64,000 bases of DNA from Promethearchaeota archaeon (GTDB taxonomy: Archaea; Asgardarchaeota; Lokiarchaeia; Sigyniarchaeales; SOKP01): the NCBI GenBank assembly GCA_016839555.1, contig JAEOUA010000005.1:64001-128000 (forward strand), given 5' to 3'. Shown here piece after piece: positions 37,522 to 48,012 of the stretch (position 1 is its first letter; each line of letters begins with the position of its first letter). Under the pieces are notes generated by a model. It saw only the letters and a list, made by a program, of their open reading frames with translations. It made no database searches and had not been told where the DNA came from. A program made the translations under genes and the position numbers.

Positions 37522-38643
37522 TTGTTTTATATGAAAAAAGAAGCAAGACTCTGGGATATATTGGGTGATAATAAAGTAAAATGTCATGTCTGCGCTAATG
37601 AATGTATAATACTTCCAGATAAGGTTGGTATATGTAGAACAAGAAAAAATATTAATGGAGTATTATATACTCTAATCTATGGATCTATGATCTCTCGTGG
37701 GAGTTTAGATCCAATTGAAAAAAAACCGCTATATAATTATTGGCCAGGACATACGGCATATTCAATAGCCTCAGTGGGGTGTTCTTTTAGATGTCTTAAT
37801 TGTCAGAATTGGTCTATTTCTCAAGCAACACCAAGTGACAATGGTGATGAAGGATATATTGATTTTGAAGATTATAGAGACAGAAAAATGTCCTTAGTAG
37901 AAATGACACCAGAAGAGCTTGTAAAGAGAGTAGTCAAGAGTGGGGCAAAAACTTTAGCATACACCTATAATGAGCCTCTAATCTGGCATGAATGGATATT
38001 AGATACCGCCCGCCTTCTTCATAAAGAAGATATTAAAACTATATTGGTCACAAATGGATTTTCTACTCCAGAAGCTTCGAAAGAATTAATAGATATTGGT
38101 ATTGGAGCGGCTAATATTGACATAAAAGGGATGACAGATGAGTTCTATAAAAAAATATGTGGCGCTCCCTCTGTCCAACCAGTTTTAGACACAGCTAAAC
38201 GTTTCAAAAGTAATGGTATTCATGTGGAAATTACTAATTTGATCATCCCTGATATAAATGACGATGAAAAAGATATTAAAAAATTATGCGATTGGGTTTA
38301 TGATAATTTAGGCGAGAACACACCCCTACACTTTAGTGCTTACCATCCCGATTATAAACGACCCTCAGAAAAAAGGACTTCGTTCGGAATTTTGGATAAA
38401 GCGTATAATATAGCTAAGGAAACAGGTCTATTTTTTCCCTATGTCGGGAATATAAAACATGAGAAAGGGAGTAATACCTATTGCCCTAATTGTGGAGAAA
38501 TCCTCATTTCAAGAATGGGATTTAGTCTTTCAAAAATCAATATTACTGATGATAATAAATGTAAGAATTGCTCCTATGACTTAAATAAGGATATAATTGG
38601 GGAGATTAACAAAAGTGCTTCTTCTCGATTTTCTTTTTTCTAA
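37522..38643 (+). CDS. amrS: AmmeMemoRadiSam system radical SAM enzyme
   Basis: CHVCANEC..G.C..R N-terminus, DPIEKKPL, GCSFRCLNCQNWSISQ, YTYNEP, TPLHF, NTYCPNC. Confidence 0.92.
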   Translation: MFYMKKEARLWDILGDNKVKCHVCANECIILPDKVGICRTRKNINGVLYTLIYGSMISRGSLDPIEKKPLYNYWPGHTAYSIASVGCSFRCLNCQNWSISQATPSDNGDEGYIDFEDYRDRKMSLVEMTPEELVKRVVKSGAKTLAYTYNEPLIWHEWILDTARLLHKEDIKTILVTNGFSTPEASKELIDIGIGAANIDIKGMTDEFYKKICGAPSVQPVLDTAKRFKSNGIHVEITNLIIPDINDDEKDIKKLCDWVYDNLGENTPLHFSAYHPDYKRPSEKRTSFGILDKAYNIAKETGLFFPYVGNIKHEKGSNTYCPNCGEILISRMGFSLSKINITDDNKCKNCSYDLNKDIIGEINKSASSRFSFF

Positions 38644-38675
38644 AAATAAAAAATGAGGAAAAAATAAAATTATAT

Positions 38676-39404
38676 TTAGATTGGCAGACCTAAGGATTTA
38701 AAAAAGGATTCTAAAGATTTAAATAAGGATTCTAAAAGAGTCTCTTGAGGGCCTATTGGAATAAGGGTTGCCTTTAATACCAATAAGAAAAATGCTTGAA
38801 CAAAGCAGAAAATAGCAAAAATAATAGCGATAGGAGGCCAAGAAAGTGCTTTACTAATGATTATAAATACATCAATCGCCATTTTCGCAATCACAGCCAC
38901 TATAATGAATACAATAATGAATATTATAATCAATAACCATTTGGGATCTATATAATTTCCAAGAAATTCTACTACATCCGGAGGTATCAATAACGCAATA
39001 AGTATCACAACCGATGAAGCTGCGATAAGTGCTATGATTGAACCGATTGGAATATCATTAATTGGTTTAAAGAAGGTTGCGACACCAAATACAATTAATA
39101 AAATTGCGGTAAAAATATCAGAATCTCCATATACCGAAAGTGGTTCTTTAAGGATCAGTTCAGCTACCCCAGAGATAATACAGATGGCACCCACAACAAA
39201 GGATAAATATGTTAAGACTTTTAAAAATGTGGTTATCTTACGGTCCCACTCCTCCATTTCACGTTTGCGAAAACTTCCTCGGGCTTTCCATTCATATGCC
39301 GCGTTTATTATCCAAATAACGCCAAGGAGGAGCAAGAAAAACGCTCCCCAAGCGGCGAATGGCCTGAATAAATTTTCTGTATAATCAAATTGTTGTACTA
39401 ACAT
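38676..39404 (-). CDS. Hypothetical multi-pass membrane protein
   Basis: About six hydrophobic segments; no recognisable motif. Confidence 0.75.
   Translation of the reverse strand: MLVQQFDYTENLFRPFAAWGAFFLLLLGVIWIINAAYEWKARGSFRKREMEEWDRKITTFLKVLTYLSFVVGAICIISGVAELILKEPLSVYGDSDIFTAILLIVFGVATFFKPINDIPIGSIIALIAASSVVILIALLIPPDVVEFLGNYIDPKWLLIIIFIIVFIIVAVIAKMAIDVFIIISKALSWPPIAIIFAIFCFVQAFFLLVLKATLIPIGPQETLLESLFKSLESFFKSLGLPI
38695..38736. repeat. 21-bp tandem duplication inside the membrane-protein C-terminus
   Basis: gatttaaaaaaggattctaaa / gatttaaataaggattctaaa (1 mismatch); encodes LESLFKS-LESFFKS. Confidence 0.8.
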
Positions 39405-39611
39405 TCTTTGAATTCTTTATTTTTATAATTTTTATATATACTTATAATTAAAATATAAATGTTATTTTTAAACCTTTTTGGAGTCCGATTTTAATAAAAA
39501 TAAGAAAAAATGAAATCCGCAATTCTTTTATTTAGAGACTTATAAAAGATCAATTTAAAATTAGCATAAAAAAATAGAATTTTTACTGAGAACAATTAAT
39601 GGAATTAAAAT

Positions 39612-41288
39612 TTATACAAAGGCAATAGTATTTTTTATGTAATCGATATATTTTGAAATTTCTTTTTCTTTTATTTCTGGGCTCCAGTTATATTCCTCTG
39701 CCATTATTTCAGCCACGACTTTTACCGCATCTAATTGCCTTTTATGGTCGATGAATAGACTCATTTCAGTCCTTCGGCAAAATACATCAATTAAATGAGG
39801 GGTAAGTTCATATCTAAGTAAGTATACAATTTCCGCCTTAATAAAGTCATTCTCATCAAGTATCCGCTCTTTTAAAGATTCATTTTCTTTTATAAGCTCT
39901 AATATCTTAATTGCTCCACGTTCATATTGCTGATAAAGATGAAGAGCAATATCTTCCTCAATCTTAATATTTGAATTTTTTAATTCCCTCTCCCACTCTT
40001 CTTCCTCCATCTTGATTTTAAACTTTTGCTTTGAGAAGCTTTCTTCTCGAGAAATATCAGGGAAAATATTCTTTTCTGCAACCTTTTCAAATAAATCTTC
40101 TGCCATTTTTCTCCATGTCGTCAATTTTCCTCCAGATATCGTTAATAATCCATTTTTATTAAAGAATATGATATGTTTACGGGAAACATCGCTTTCGGAT
40201 TTTCCTTTTTCCCTCACGAGAGGTCTAATGCCAGCATAAGTAGCTAAAAGATTTTCATAATTTAACTCTGCTGTGGGGAAATAATATTTGACCGATTCAA
40301 TTAAATAATCGGCATCTTCCCTATTACAGTAAGGATTGGCTAAATCACCCTTATAATCTGTATCTGTTGTGCCAATTATTGTGAAATCTCCTCGAGGTAA
40401 TACAAAAAATGCGCGATTATCTGTGATTGAGGTTATTATTGTTGCCATTTTATTCTTTACATCTTTCCGCCTATAGACAAGGTGAACTCCCTTAGTGGGT
40501 CTAATTAAAGGCTTTGGTACATCTTCTGGATAATCATTTAATAAATCATCTGTCCAAATCCCTGTAGCATTTACAATTAATGTTCCTTTTACTATAAATT
40601 CTTTATAATTTTCAAGATCTTTACATTTTACCCCTATTATTTTACCATCTTCCATTACATACTCTAAGACTTCACAATAATTAACTACATCTGCCCCTCT
40701 AATAACCGCTTCCTTTAAGGTTTCTATTGTTAAACGTGCATCATCCACATTATTGTCATAATAAATAACTCCTCCATTATTTCCTTCTTTTCTTATCTCT
40801 GGTTCCGCTTCAATTACTTCTTCAGTAGAAATTAATTGACGCTGTTTATAATTCTTATATTTTTCATTTTTATCACTTAAAAAGTCATAAATTTTAGTAG
40901 CACCTTTAATATCTCGCATTTTATATTTTCCTCCTTCCCATGCGACAAATAAAAAGGGAATCGGTCGGAGGGTGGTACAATGCTGACGCATCCAATTCCT
41001 TTCAGTTGTTGCTTCCTTAACTAAATCCATTTCTCCATGCCCCAAATATCTGATACCTCCGTGAGCTAGTTTTGAGCTTCTTGATGAAGTCCCAGCAGCA
41101 AAATCTTGCATTTCAATTAAGCTAACCTTTAGCCCGCGCATCACTCCCTCTCTTGCAACTCCCGCACCAGTAATCCCTCCTCCAATAACTATTACATCAT
41201 ACTCGTTTTTTTTTAACCTATCGATAATTTTATCTCTATGCTCAAGATTCCAAGTTTTTTCAAATAATTTCTCAACTAAATCGTTCAT
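39612..41288 (-). CDS. glpA: FAD-dependent glycerol-3-phosphate dehydrogenase/oxidase (GlpA/GlpD family)
   Basis: IGGGITGAG, DFAAGTSSRSSKLAHGGIRYL, DDARL, KGVH, IGTTD, AGIRPL, GGKLTT. Confidence 0.92.
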   Translation of the reverse strand: MNDLVEKLFEKTWNLEHRDKIIDRLKKNEYDVIVIGGGITGAGVAREGVMRGLKVSLIEMQDFAAGTSSRSSKLAHGGIRYLGHGEMDLVKEATTERNWMRQHCTTLRPIPFLFVAWEGGKYKMRDIKGATKIYDFLSDKNEKYKNYKQRQLISTEEVIEAEPEIRKEGNNGGVIYYDNNVDDARLTIETLKEAVIRGADVVNYCEVLEYVMEDGKIIGVKCKDLENYKEFIVKGTLIVNATGIWTDDLLNDYPEDVPKPLIRPTKGVHLVYRRKDVKNKMATIITSITDNRAFFVLPRGDFTIIGTTDTDYKGDLANPYCNREDADYLIESVKYYFPTAELNYENLLATYAGIRPLVREKGKSESDVSRKHIIFFNKNGLLTISGGKLTTWRKMAEDLFEKVAEKNIFPDISREESFSKQKFKIKMEEEEWERELKNSNIKIEEDIALHLYQQYERGAIKILELIKENESLKERILDENDFIKAEIVYLLRYELTPHLIDVFCRRTEMSLFIDHKRQLDAVKVVAEIMAEEYNWSPEIKEKEISKYIDYIKNTIAFV

Positions 41289-41414
41289 AACTAATCAACC
41301 TTTTAAAATGATCTTTCTTTTTTAATTTTATTTCTAATTTTAATAAAATTAAAATTTTTCATTTAGCTTTTCTTTCTAAGAAAAAAATATCCTTTTTACC
41401 AATAAAGTACTATT

Positions 41415-41444
41415 TAAATCCAAGTTCCCATCATCTTGGATTTA
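41415..41444. promoter_or_regulatory. Perfect 10-bp inverted repeat (operator or terminator candidate)
   Basis: TAAATCCAAG-N10-CTTGGATTTA, ~130 bp upstream of the glycerol-3-P dehydrogenase gene. Confidence 0.4.
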
Positions 41445-41542
41445 TATCTCTATTTTTTACATATGAAAAAATACTAAAATAAGGAAAAAAAATAAAAAAA
41501 TTTAAGAAATAAATTCTAAATTAAATCCCATCCAATCTAATA

Positions 41543-41845
41543 CTATATGAAGCCGAGCATTTTCATAGCTTTTTTCGAATCCAAGATTGGTTCTATCTTA
41601 TATTCATACCCTTCAATAAGCGAATATCGATAAAAACGTTTAGTTAAAGCATTAATACCTTCTACTAATTTCTCGTCATCGCATTCATAAATCCCATAAT
41701 TTTTATAATATCCATCTTGTACAACGAAATGATGGACCGTATGGAGGAATGGTGGATAATCGGGAGCATTTCCCGAAGTATATACATCAATAAGTTCTGG
41801 TAATTTCCAGGGAGGATACGTTGCTATTACCATGAGGAAAGCCAT
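41543..41845 (-). CDS. Small hypothetical protein
   Basis: 100-aa ORF with GGTGA SD upstream; alpha/beta pattern. Confidence 0.75.
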   Translation of the reverse strand: MAFLMVIATYPPWKLPELIDVYTSGNAPDYPPFLHTVHHFVVQDGYYKNYGIYECDDEKLVEGINALTKRFYRYSLIEGYEYKIEPILDSKKAMKMLGFI

Positions 41846-41987
41846 TTAAAAATTTCACCTTCTTTTTTAATTTATTAATATATTATTGGAGTTTAAACAA
41901 ATAATAAGTTATTGGGAATCTTTATAAGTGTTTGCGTTAAAATTTGTTAAATATTCTCCTTAAAAACTTTGTCTAATATAAAATGCA

Positions 41988-43190
41988 CTAAGGGAACTGT
42001 GGATTATCGTGATCTATATATTCCAAATATCGCTTTATAAATTGTCTTAATTGTCCAAAATTAGGAGATCTTCCCGTTCTCACAAAGATGGCAGATAATG
42101 CATTTCCCATTAGAATTGCTTTAGGAGGATTTAGATCCCCTAATAATGCCGCGATTACTCCAGAATTGAAATGATCACCTGCAGATACTGTATAAGAAGG
42201 GTTTGAAGTATAGGCTTCTGTTATCCAATAATGTTGCATATTATTTTTTACAGTTATTGTAGCAAAATGCGGGGAATGAATTATAAGATAGGATAATCCC
42301 AAGTCTTTGTTTATATTTTTACCCCCAGTAATAAAATCTTTAAAATTTGCTTTATTAGGGGTGATCTCAACGACAGTGTCTAAAGCTTTTGAGATATCTA
42401 TAGCTTCTTGATCATTTAGACTCAGCAATACGGGAATCTGATCCTCCATTTTTTGTAAGACATTTAGCATTTCAATAATTTCTGGTTTCGATCTCTTTTT
42501 AATATCCGCTAAATCCACAAAAAAAAGTTTCTTATTTATATCTTTAATAGAGGGGAATATTTCTTCCATTAATTTTTGCCAGATATTAGTTAATTGTGGA
42601 AAAATCGACCAATATCCAAATCCTATAACGTTAGATTCTTCCATCCTTTTAATAAGGTGTTCTCTTGGAATTCTCTGTAGTAATGTTTCCCACTTAATTT
42701 CAAGAAGTCCTTTAATATCAGAAAGCATAACTTTTCCATCATTAAATTCCAATCCAATCGTTTTTCCTGGATTGGTGATTGAAATTGCATTGATATTTTC
42801 GTTTTGAATTAATTCATCATAAAGTGAGTTAATTTTAGGATAGCCTAAGGAAGCTAATAAAAATACATTTATGCCTAATGCGCTCAGAGCTTTGCTATTA
42901 TTTGGGGCGAATCCTCCAGAAGTTTTTTTCTTTAAAAATATTTCAATATTTCCCGAACTCCCCGAAATTTGTTTTAATCTTTGTGAGAATTCGATGATAG
43001 TAGCAAATTGCTTCCATTTTTCCAAATTATATCGTTTTTGAACTAGAGAATAAAGAAAATCGATAAATCCATCAATACCTAAAAATACCTTTTTTTTTGT
43101 TAAATTTACCTCAAATTCTTTATCTAATTCTTCTTGAATTGATTTAAAAGTTGGTAGTGTATTATCATAGGGATTTAATTTTTCATACAT
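41988..43190 (-). CDS. PfkB/ribokinase-fold carbohydrate kinase-like protein
   Basis: SGGFAPN, FVDLAD, LNDQEA, TVSAGDHFNSG anion-hole motif. Confidence 0.8.
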   Translation of the reverse strand: MYEKLNPYDNTLPTFKSIQEELDKEFEVNLTKKKVFLGIDGFIDFLYSLVQKRYNLEKWKQFATIIEFSQRLKQISGSSGNIEIFLKKKTSGGFAPNNSKALSALGINVFLLASLGYPKINSLYDELIQNENINAISITNPGKTIGLEFNDGKVMLSDIKGLLEIKWETLLQRIPREHLIKRMEESNVIGFGYWSIFPQLTNIWQKLMEEIFPSIKDINKKLFFVDLADIKKRSKPEIIEMLNVLQKMEDQIPVLLSLNDQEAIDISKALDTVVEITPNKANFKDFITGGKNINKDLGLSYLIIHSPHFATITVKNNMQHYWITEAYTSNPSYTVSAGDHFNSGVIAALLGDLNPPKAILMGNALSAIFVRTGRSPNFGQLRQFIKRYLEYIDHDNPQFP

Positions 43191-43237
43191 AAATATTCCA
43201 TAATCTTTTATTGGTTCCTATAAATAAAAGCAAATTG

Positions 43238-44221
43238 TTATTCTAATAATTTGCTAAAAATTAAAGGCAAAGATATAAGATCATAATAATTATGGTCAAT
43301 ACATTCTTTAATTAATCCAATATATCTGTGTGGGTCTTTTAAATATTTTTTATAACATAAGCCCACTAAATTACTTGGTAATTCATTATTTCTTTTCCAA
43401 TTTAAAAGATTCTGCTCAATGGTGGTTAATTGATAGTTCTTAAATTGTCCCTTATATTGTCTAACAACATTATGATATAAATCTATATGTCCATATTTAG
43501 TATTAATGTCTTTATATGGAGTATTTTCTTCAGAAATCATTGGATTCTCATCAAAATAATATAAAAATCGATTTGCTAAATAAGGAATATCAAAACTTTT
43601 TCCATTATAGCTTATAAAACATTTAAATTTGGGAAATATATTTTTCCGTAATTGTTCGCAGATAGCTATTTCTTCTTCTAATCCTCTGGCAAAATATTGG
43701 ATAATCCTATATTTTTTATTATGATAAAATCCAATACCTACAATTATAATAGGACTATCATATATCCCTAATGTTTCTATATCAATAAAAAGAAAATCAT
43801 TAATCAAAAAACAAAATGAAGTGTCTATATCATACAAATATTTATTTTGAGAAAGTGCTCGAAAATCCTTTTTCTTTACCTGATTAATTATTTTTTTGGC
43901 AAATTTGCTATATTTTAAATGCGTTAATAAATCATAAAGAGAAGAAATTCCTCTATTATATAAATAATTTTCTTTATAATGCCCGATATAATATACCGTT
44001 TTTAGATTAGTTAATACATTCCTTTTAGTCTTTTTTAAATTAAAGTTACAAGAAGTAGTATCACATTTCCATGAAATTTCTAATAATTCTCCTAACCCAT
44101 TAGAAATGATTCTTTGATTTTCAAAAAGTTCTTCTAATTTTTTACCTTTATAATCCTCTATTATATCAGTTATATTAAAGCTATTAAAGTTTTGAAAGAA
44201 TTCCAATTTATCAAAGGGCAT
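43238..44221 (-). CDS. YprB-like RNase H-fold (DEDD) exonuclease with N-terminal HhH-like segment
   Basis: FIDIETLG, SYNGKSFDIPYL, HIDL, HNYYDL. Confidence 0.85.
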   Translation of the reverse strand: MPFDKLEFFQNFNSFNITDIIEDYKGKKLEELFENQRIISNGLGELLEISWKCDTTSCNFNLKKTKRNVLTNLKTVYYIGHYKENYLYNRGISSLYDLLTHLKYSKFAKKIINQVKKKDFRALSQNKYLYDIDTSFCFLINDFLFIDIETLGIYDSPIIIVGIGFYHNKKYRIIQYFARGLEEEIAICEQLRKNIFPKFKCFISYNGKSFDIPYLANRFLYYFDENPMISEENTPYKDINTKYGHIDLYHNVVRQYKGQFKNYQLTTIEQNLLNWKRNNELPSNLVGLCYKKYLKDPHRYIGLIKECIDHNYYDLISLPLIFSKLLE

Positions 44222-44297
44222 TATTATAATTATATAAATCGTATTCTTTAATAAGTGCTTCTGTGTGGAGATTTATTATGAAATTAAAAAAAGAAGA

Positions 44298-45642
44298 TTA
44301 TTCAAAAAAGAGATCAATTCTCGGGATCGCATCTTGTTTTTTATTAGAAGGTTTTGTTTTAAAAAGTCTCCGAGATTCACTATCTTCTAACACATAGTTA
44401 GAACCTCCACCATGAATCATACAATATGGATCTAATAAGCCTATTTGGTTAGAATATTGGCGTATAAATCCCCGCCCACCTAAGGTTCTAAAACAATGAA
44501 TAGAACTTTCAAATGCTAATTCTGTTGTTTGGATTTTTAAACCCATTGTATTTGCAGCCATTACTTTAGAAGCTCCAAGTTCAGGACGATCATCTAATTC
44601 CCGCGCATATTGAATTAATGCAGCAATTAGTAAATTAAGTTGTCGAATATTTTCCGAAATAGGAAATCTAATTACTTGATATTTATGTAATCTCCTGTCA
44701 AATTGCTCTCTATTTATGGCCCATGTATGAGAAAATAAGAGTTTTTTCATGGTATCTCCAAGAGCTTCCGCACTTATTATAAGTCTCTCTTCCGTTAATT
44801 GATGAAACATTATATCTAGACCATTTCCTTGAAGTAAATTTGCTTTTGGAACTTTCACCCGATCGAAAATTAATCGACTTACAAATGCATCTCTCATACC
44901 ATAAGTATAAACTCTAGCAGCCCGAAAATTATTTAAGTGTTGATTTTTTGTATCTATAATTACCGCACCTAGTTGTCCATTATTTAATCTGCCATACACT
45001 ATTATATAATTCGCAATCATTCCATTAGTAATAAAAACTTTTTTGCCCTTTATTACCACTTCATCATCTTCTTCGATAAGCCGGTTTTCCATACTAAAAA
45101 TATCACTTCCTGCATTGAATTCAGTCATAGCGGATGCAGCTATTTTTCCATCAACAGCGACAGGTTTTAAAAACTGTTCTCTCTGATATTGATTGGCTTT
45201 ATAATCTACGGGATTGCAATATAAGGTACCCCCGGCAAGACGACCCATTTCTATGCTCCAATTTCCCGCGATGTATCGTTCTGAATACTCTGACCATCGA
45301 CCACCACATAACGCATAAGCTATTAGTGCATTTCTCATTATTCGACCGATTTCATAATCATCATCTTCTTGCATAATCGTAGAATAATAGCCATGATCAG
45401 AAAGTTTTTTCATGATCTTTATAACCAGCTGTTTTTTTTTTCTCTTCTATTGGCTCTTCCAGTAAGTAATTTAATTCTTCTAATGCTCTTAAATCCTCAT
45501 CTAATTCTTCTTCCAAGAATTCATAAAAAGCAGCTAGAAATTCTTTTTCATTTGATTTAAGTAAGGGATTATTCAATAAATCCAATTCGGGAACATAGCG
45601 CTGTATTCGGATTGGTCTAAACTCGGTGAGTCTGCTGTCCAT
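44298..45642 (-). pseudogene. Acyl-CoA dehydrogenase split by one extra A in an A10 run (ORFs 45397-45642 and 44298-45413)
   Basis: AMTEFNAGSD, KGKKVFITNG, REQFDR, LGGRGF; removing one A at 45432-45441 gives a continuous 447-aa frame (...EEKKK-QLVIKI-MKKLSDHG...). Confidence 0.8.
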
Positions 45643-45804
45643 TTTTATTAATATACCTTTTCCTTTTTAATAGTATTTCTAATCTACACTATAATAAAAA
45701 TAGATAAAAGCAATTATTTATTTCTATTTTTTTTTTAAAACCATTAGAATTTTCTCTTTGAGAATAATTCTCTTATTGAAATTTTGTTAAATTAAAAAAA
45801 AAAA

Positions 45805-46404
45805 TTAGAAAGTAAAACCCGCAGGTAATTCTGACTCTTTTGTACCCTCAGTTACAAATCTAAGATCTGTTATAGTATAAGTAGGATTTTTTGTATTAAA
45901 TATTGGGATTATATGCTTACCAATTTCAGGATCCCCAACTGCTAATACACTCATAAGAATTGTTACCACACCTTCGAATTCTACATTGATAAATTTTATG
46001 GGGAGTGGTAACGTATTAAAAGCACCTGAGCGATGAGTAATAATAAATGAGTGAATCTTAGCAGTTTTTTTAGCAATATCTGTTAAATCTATCACTGTCG
46101 TTTTTCTCAAACAATCGGGGCAATAAATTCTAAATGGTTCAAAAATAGATCCTTTTGCACCACACTTTTCATTATCACATCGGGTTGCCATTAATTTCCC
46201 TTTTGAAAGTGATTCAAAAAAGATTGCTTCACCACCATAAGAATGTATATAAGTCATATCTCTTGGATTAGTTACACCAGCTAGTTTTCCCGTATCCTTA
46301 TTAAAAATGGGTTGATTCTTTTCAATAATATGAAACTTTCCTCTAGGTTTATAATTACCATTGATAATCTCAACAAATCCTTTTTCATTTTCAGTTTTTG
46401 GCAT
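45805..46404 (-). CDS. DUF35-type Zn-ribbon/OB-fold thiolase partner
   Basis: FFESLSKGKLMATRC..C...CPDC then OB-fold; 2 nt downstream of the thiolase-like gene. Confidence 0.85.
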   Translation of the reverse strand: MPKTENEKGFVEIINGNYKPRGKFHIIEKNQPIFNKDTGKLAGVTNPRDMTYIHSYGGEAIFFESLSKGKLMATRCDNEKCGAKGSIFEPFRIYCPDCLRKTTVIDLTDIAKKTAKIHSFIITHRSGAFNTLPLPIKFINVEFEGVVTILMSVLAVGDPEIGKHIIPIFNTKNPTYTITDLRFVTEGTKESELPAGFTF

Positions 46405-46406
46405 CT

Positions 46407-47828
46407 TTAATCCTCCTTTATTAAATTATTTGGGTTCATTAATATTGTGCATGTAACATGAGAGCCGACACCAGCATGACTTATCGCAAGACCACGTTTG
46501 GCTCCTTTCACTTGTAAGCTTGTCCAATCTTTTGGCTTTTCTCTTCCAAAATCATCCCATTTCTCTTTTGGTTCATGTATTTCATCCCACCTATTCCAAA
46601 TATGGTAACCTATTTCAGCAATCTGCATTAAGCCTGTTGCTCCAACTGCATGCATACATCCGATTAATCCACCAGAAGGATTGCTTGGTAATGCACCTGG
46701 TTTATTTGTATTTGGATTAATGACATAAGCATCTCCAGATTCTATATAGTCTCGCCCTTCACCATAGGGTCTAATTCCAATGTCTTCATAAGTCTGAATA
46801 TCGCTAATAGTAAAGGCATCATGTAACTCAACCACATCAAGATCTTCTGTTGGATCGACAACACCAGCCATATGGTAAGCATAATAAGCGGCAATTCTTG
46901 CAGCGAGAAAGCTGGTGAATCCCGGGTATCTATCTCCACCAGGGAATCTTTTGCCTAAGTCATCATATTGACCTGGTTTTTCATTTGGAAGTAGTGGAAT
47001 ACTCATATCTCTTCTGTCTGCTACTCTTAATGTATGGCTGCCAGCACCAATAAAAATTCTTAATGGTTTATCGGTAATCTCATAAGCTGTTTTTTCATCA
47101 CATACAATACCACAAGCGGCACCCACACTCATTAAACAACAATCTAAAACACGAAGAGGATGAGCAACAATTGGAGAGTTTAATACATCTTCTACCGTAA
47201 TTTTCATTGGACCATGGGCATGAGGATTCATTCTCGCATATCCTCTGTTTTTTACTGCAACTTCCGCCATGGTGTTTCGGAATGAAGGTTCCTCTTTTCC
47301 GAATATTTTCCAATATCTTTGAGCCATTACTGCATAATAACCCGTATAAATATGACCTAATGGGGTTTCCCAATCTTTGTCTGCTGCTGACGCTATGAGA
47401 TGATTACCCTCATCAGTCGGCACTTCATCCATTCTTTCCCATCCTAACGCCAGAGCACAGTCACTATATCCTGAAGCTATAGCTTTTACAGCTTCCCACA
47501 TAGCAGACCCTCCTGTTGCACCACCCGTTTTTACGCCTATATTTCCTAAAGGATCTAGACCAAGTCTATCATGAATTAATGCTTCTCCAAGCAATTGATC
47601 ACCGAAATGATCGGCAAAGTGCCCATAGTAACATGTATGTATATATTGTTTCAACTCCGCCGGAGTCATGTTAACAAAATCAGCTGCAGCAGTGAAAGCT
47701 TGAATACATAACTCCTCTGTTCTTGTCTCTGGAAATGCTCTATCAAATTTGGACATACCAGCGGTTACTAAATAGACCGGTCGCATTAATTTTGGAATTT
47801 TTAATTGTTTATCTGAAAATTTAATCAT
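46407..47828 (-). CDS. SCP2-thiolase-like protein lacking the canonical nucleophilic Cys
   Basis: GWERM, VAVKN...NP.A, DCC..S.GA, VELHDAF, NPSGGL, HAVGATG; TGGATGG at the usual xCAS/TG site. Confidence 0.85.
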   Translation of the reverse strand: MIKFSDKQLKIPKLMRPVYLVTAGMSKFDRAFPETRTEELCIQAFTAAADFVNMTPAELKQYIHTCYYGHFADHFGDQLLGEALIHDRLGLDPLGNIGVKTGGATGGSAMWEAVKAIASGYSDCALALGWERMDEVPTDEGNHLIASAADKDWETPLGHIYTGYYAVMAQRYWKIFGKEEPSFRNTMAEVAVKNRGYARMNPHAHGPMKITVEDVLNSPIVAHPLRVLDCCLMSVGAACGIVCDEKTAYEITDKPLRIFIGAGSHTLRVADRRDMSIPLLPNEKPGQYDDLGKRFPGGDRYPGFTSFLAARIAAYYAYHMAGVVDPTEDLDVVELHDAFTISDIQTYEDIGIRPYGEGRDYIESGDAYVINPNTNKPGALPSNPSGGLIGCMHAVGATGLMQIAEIGYHIWNRWDEIHEPKEKWDDFGREKPKDWTSLQVKGAKRGLAISHAGVGSHVTCTILMNPNNLIKED

Positions 47829-48012
47829 TTTTTATCACAGTATATTTTTAATTATATTTTTATTAAATATTTAAAATTTAAAAATTTATAAATTAGATAT
47901 TTAAGATTAAAATAATCAAAGATTCTAATGCTTTAAAGAATTATTTATCTGGAGAAATAAGGAAGGGAATAAAGTTTAAGAATTTATAACATATGATTAA
48001 AATTTATTATAA

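Noticed and set aside
45397-45642. 81-aa ORF as an independent gene or a TGA-selenocysteine read-through
   Set aside because: A single-base change in the A10 run explains it as the ACAD N-terminus; the downstream ORF is in a different frame, so read-through would not join them
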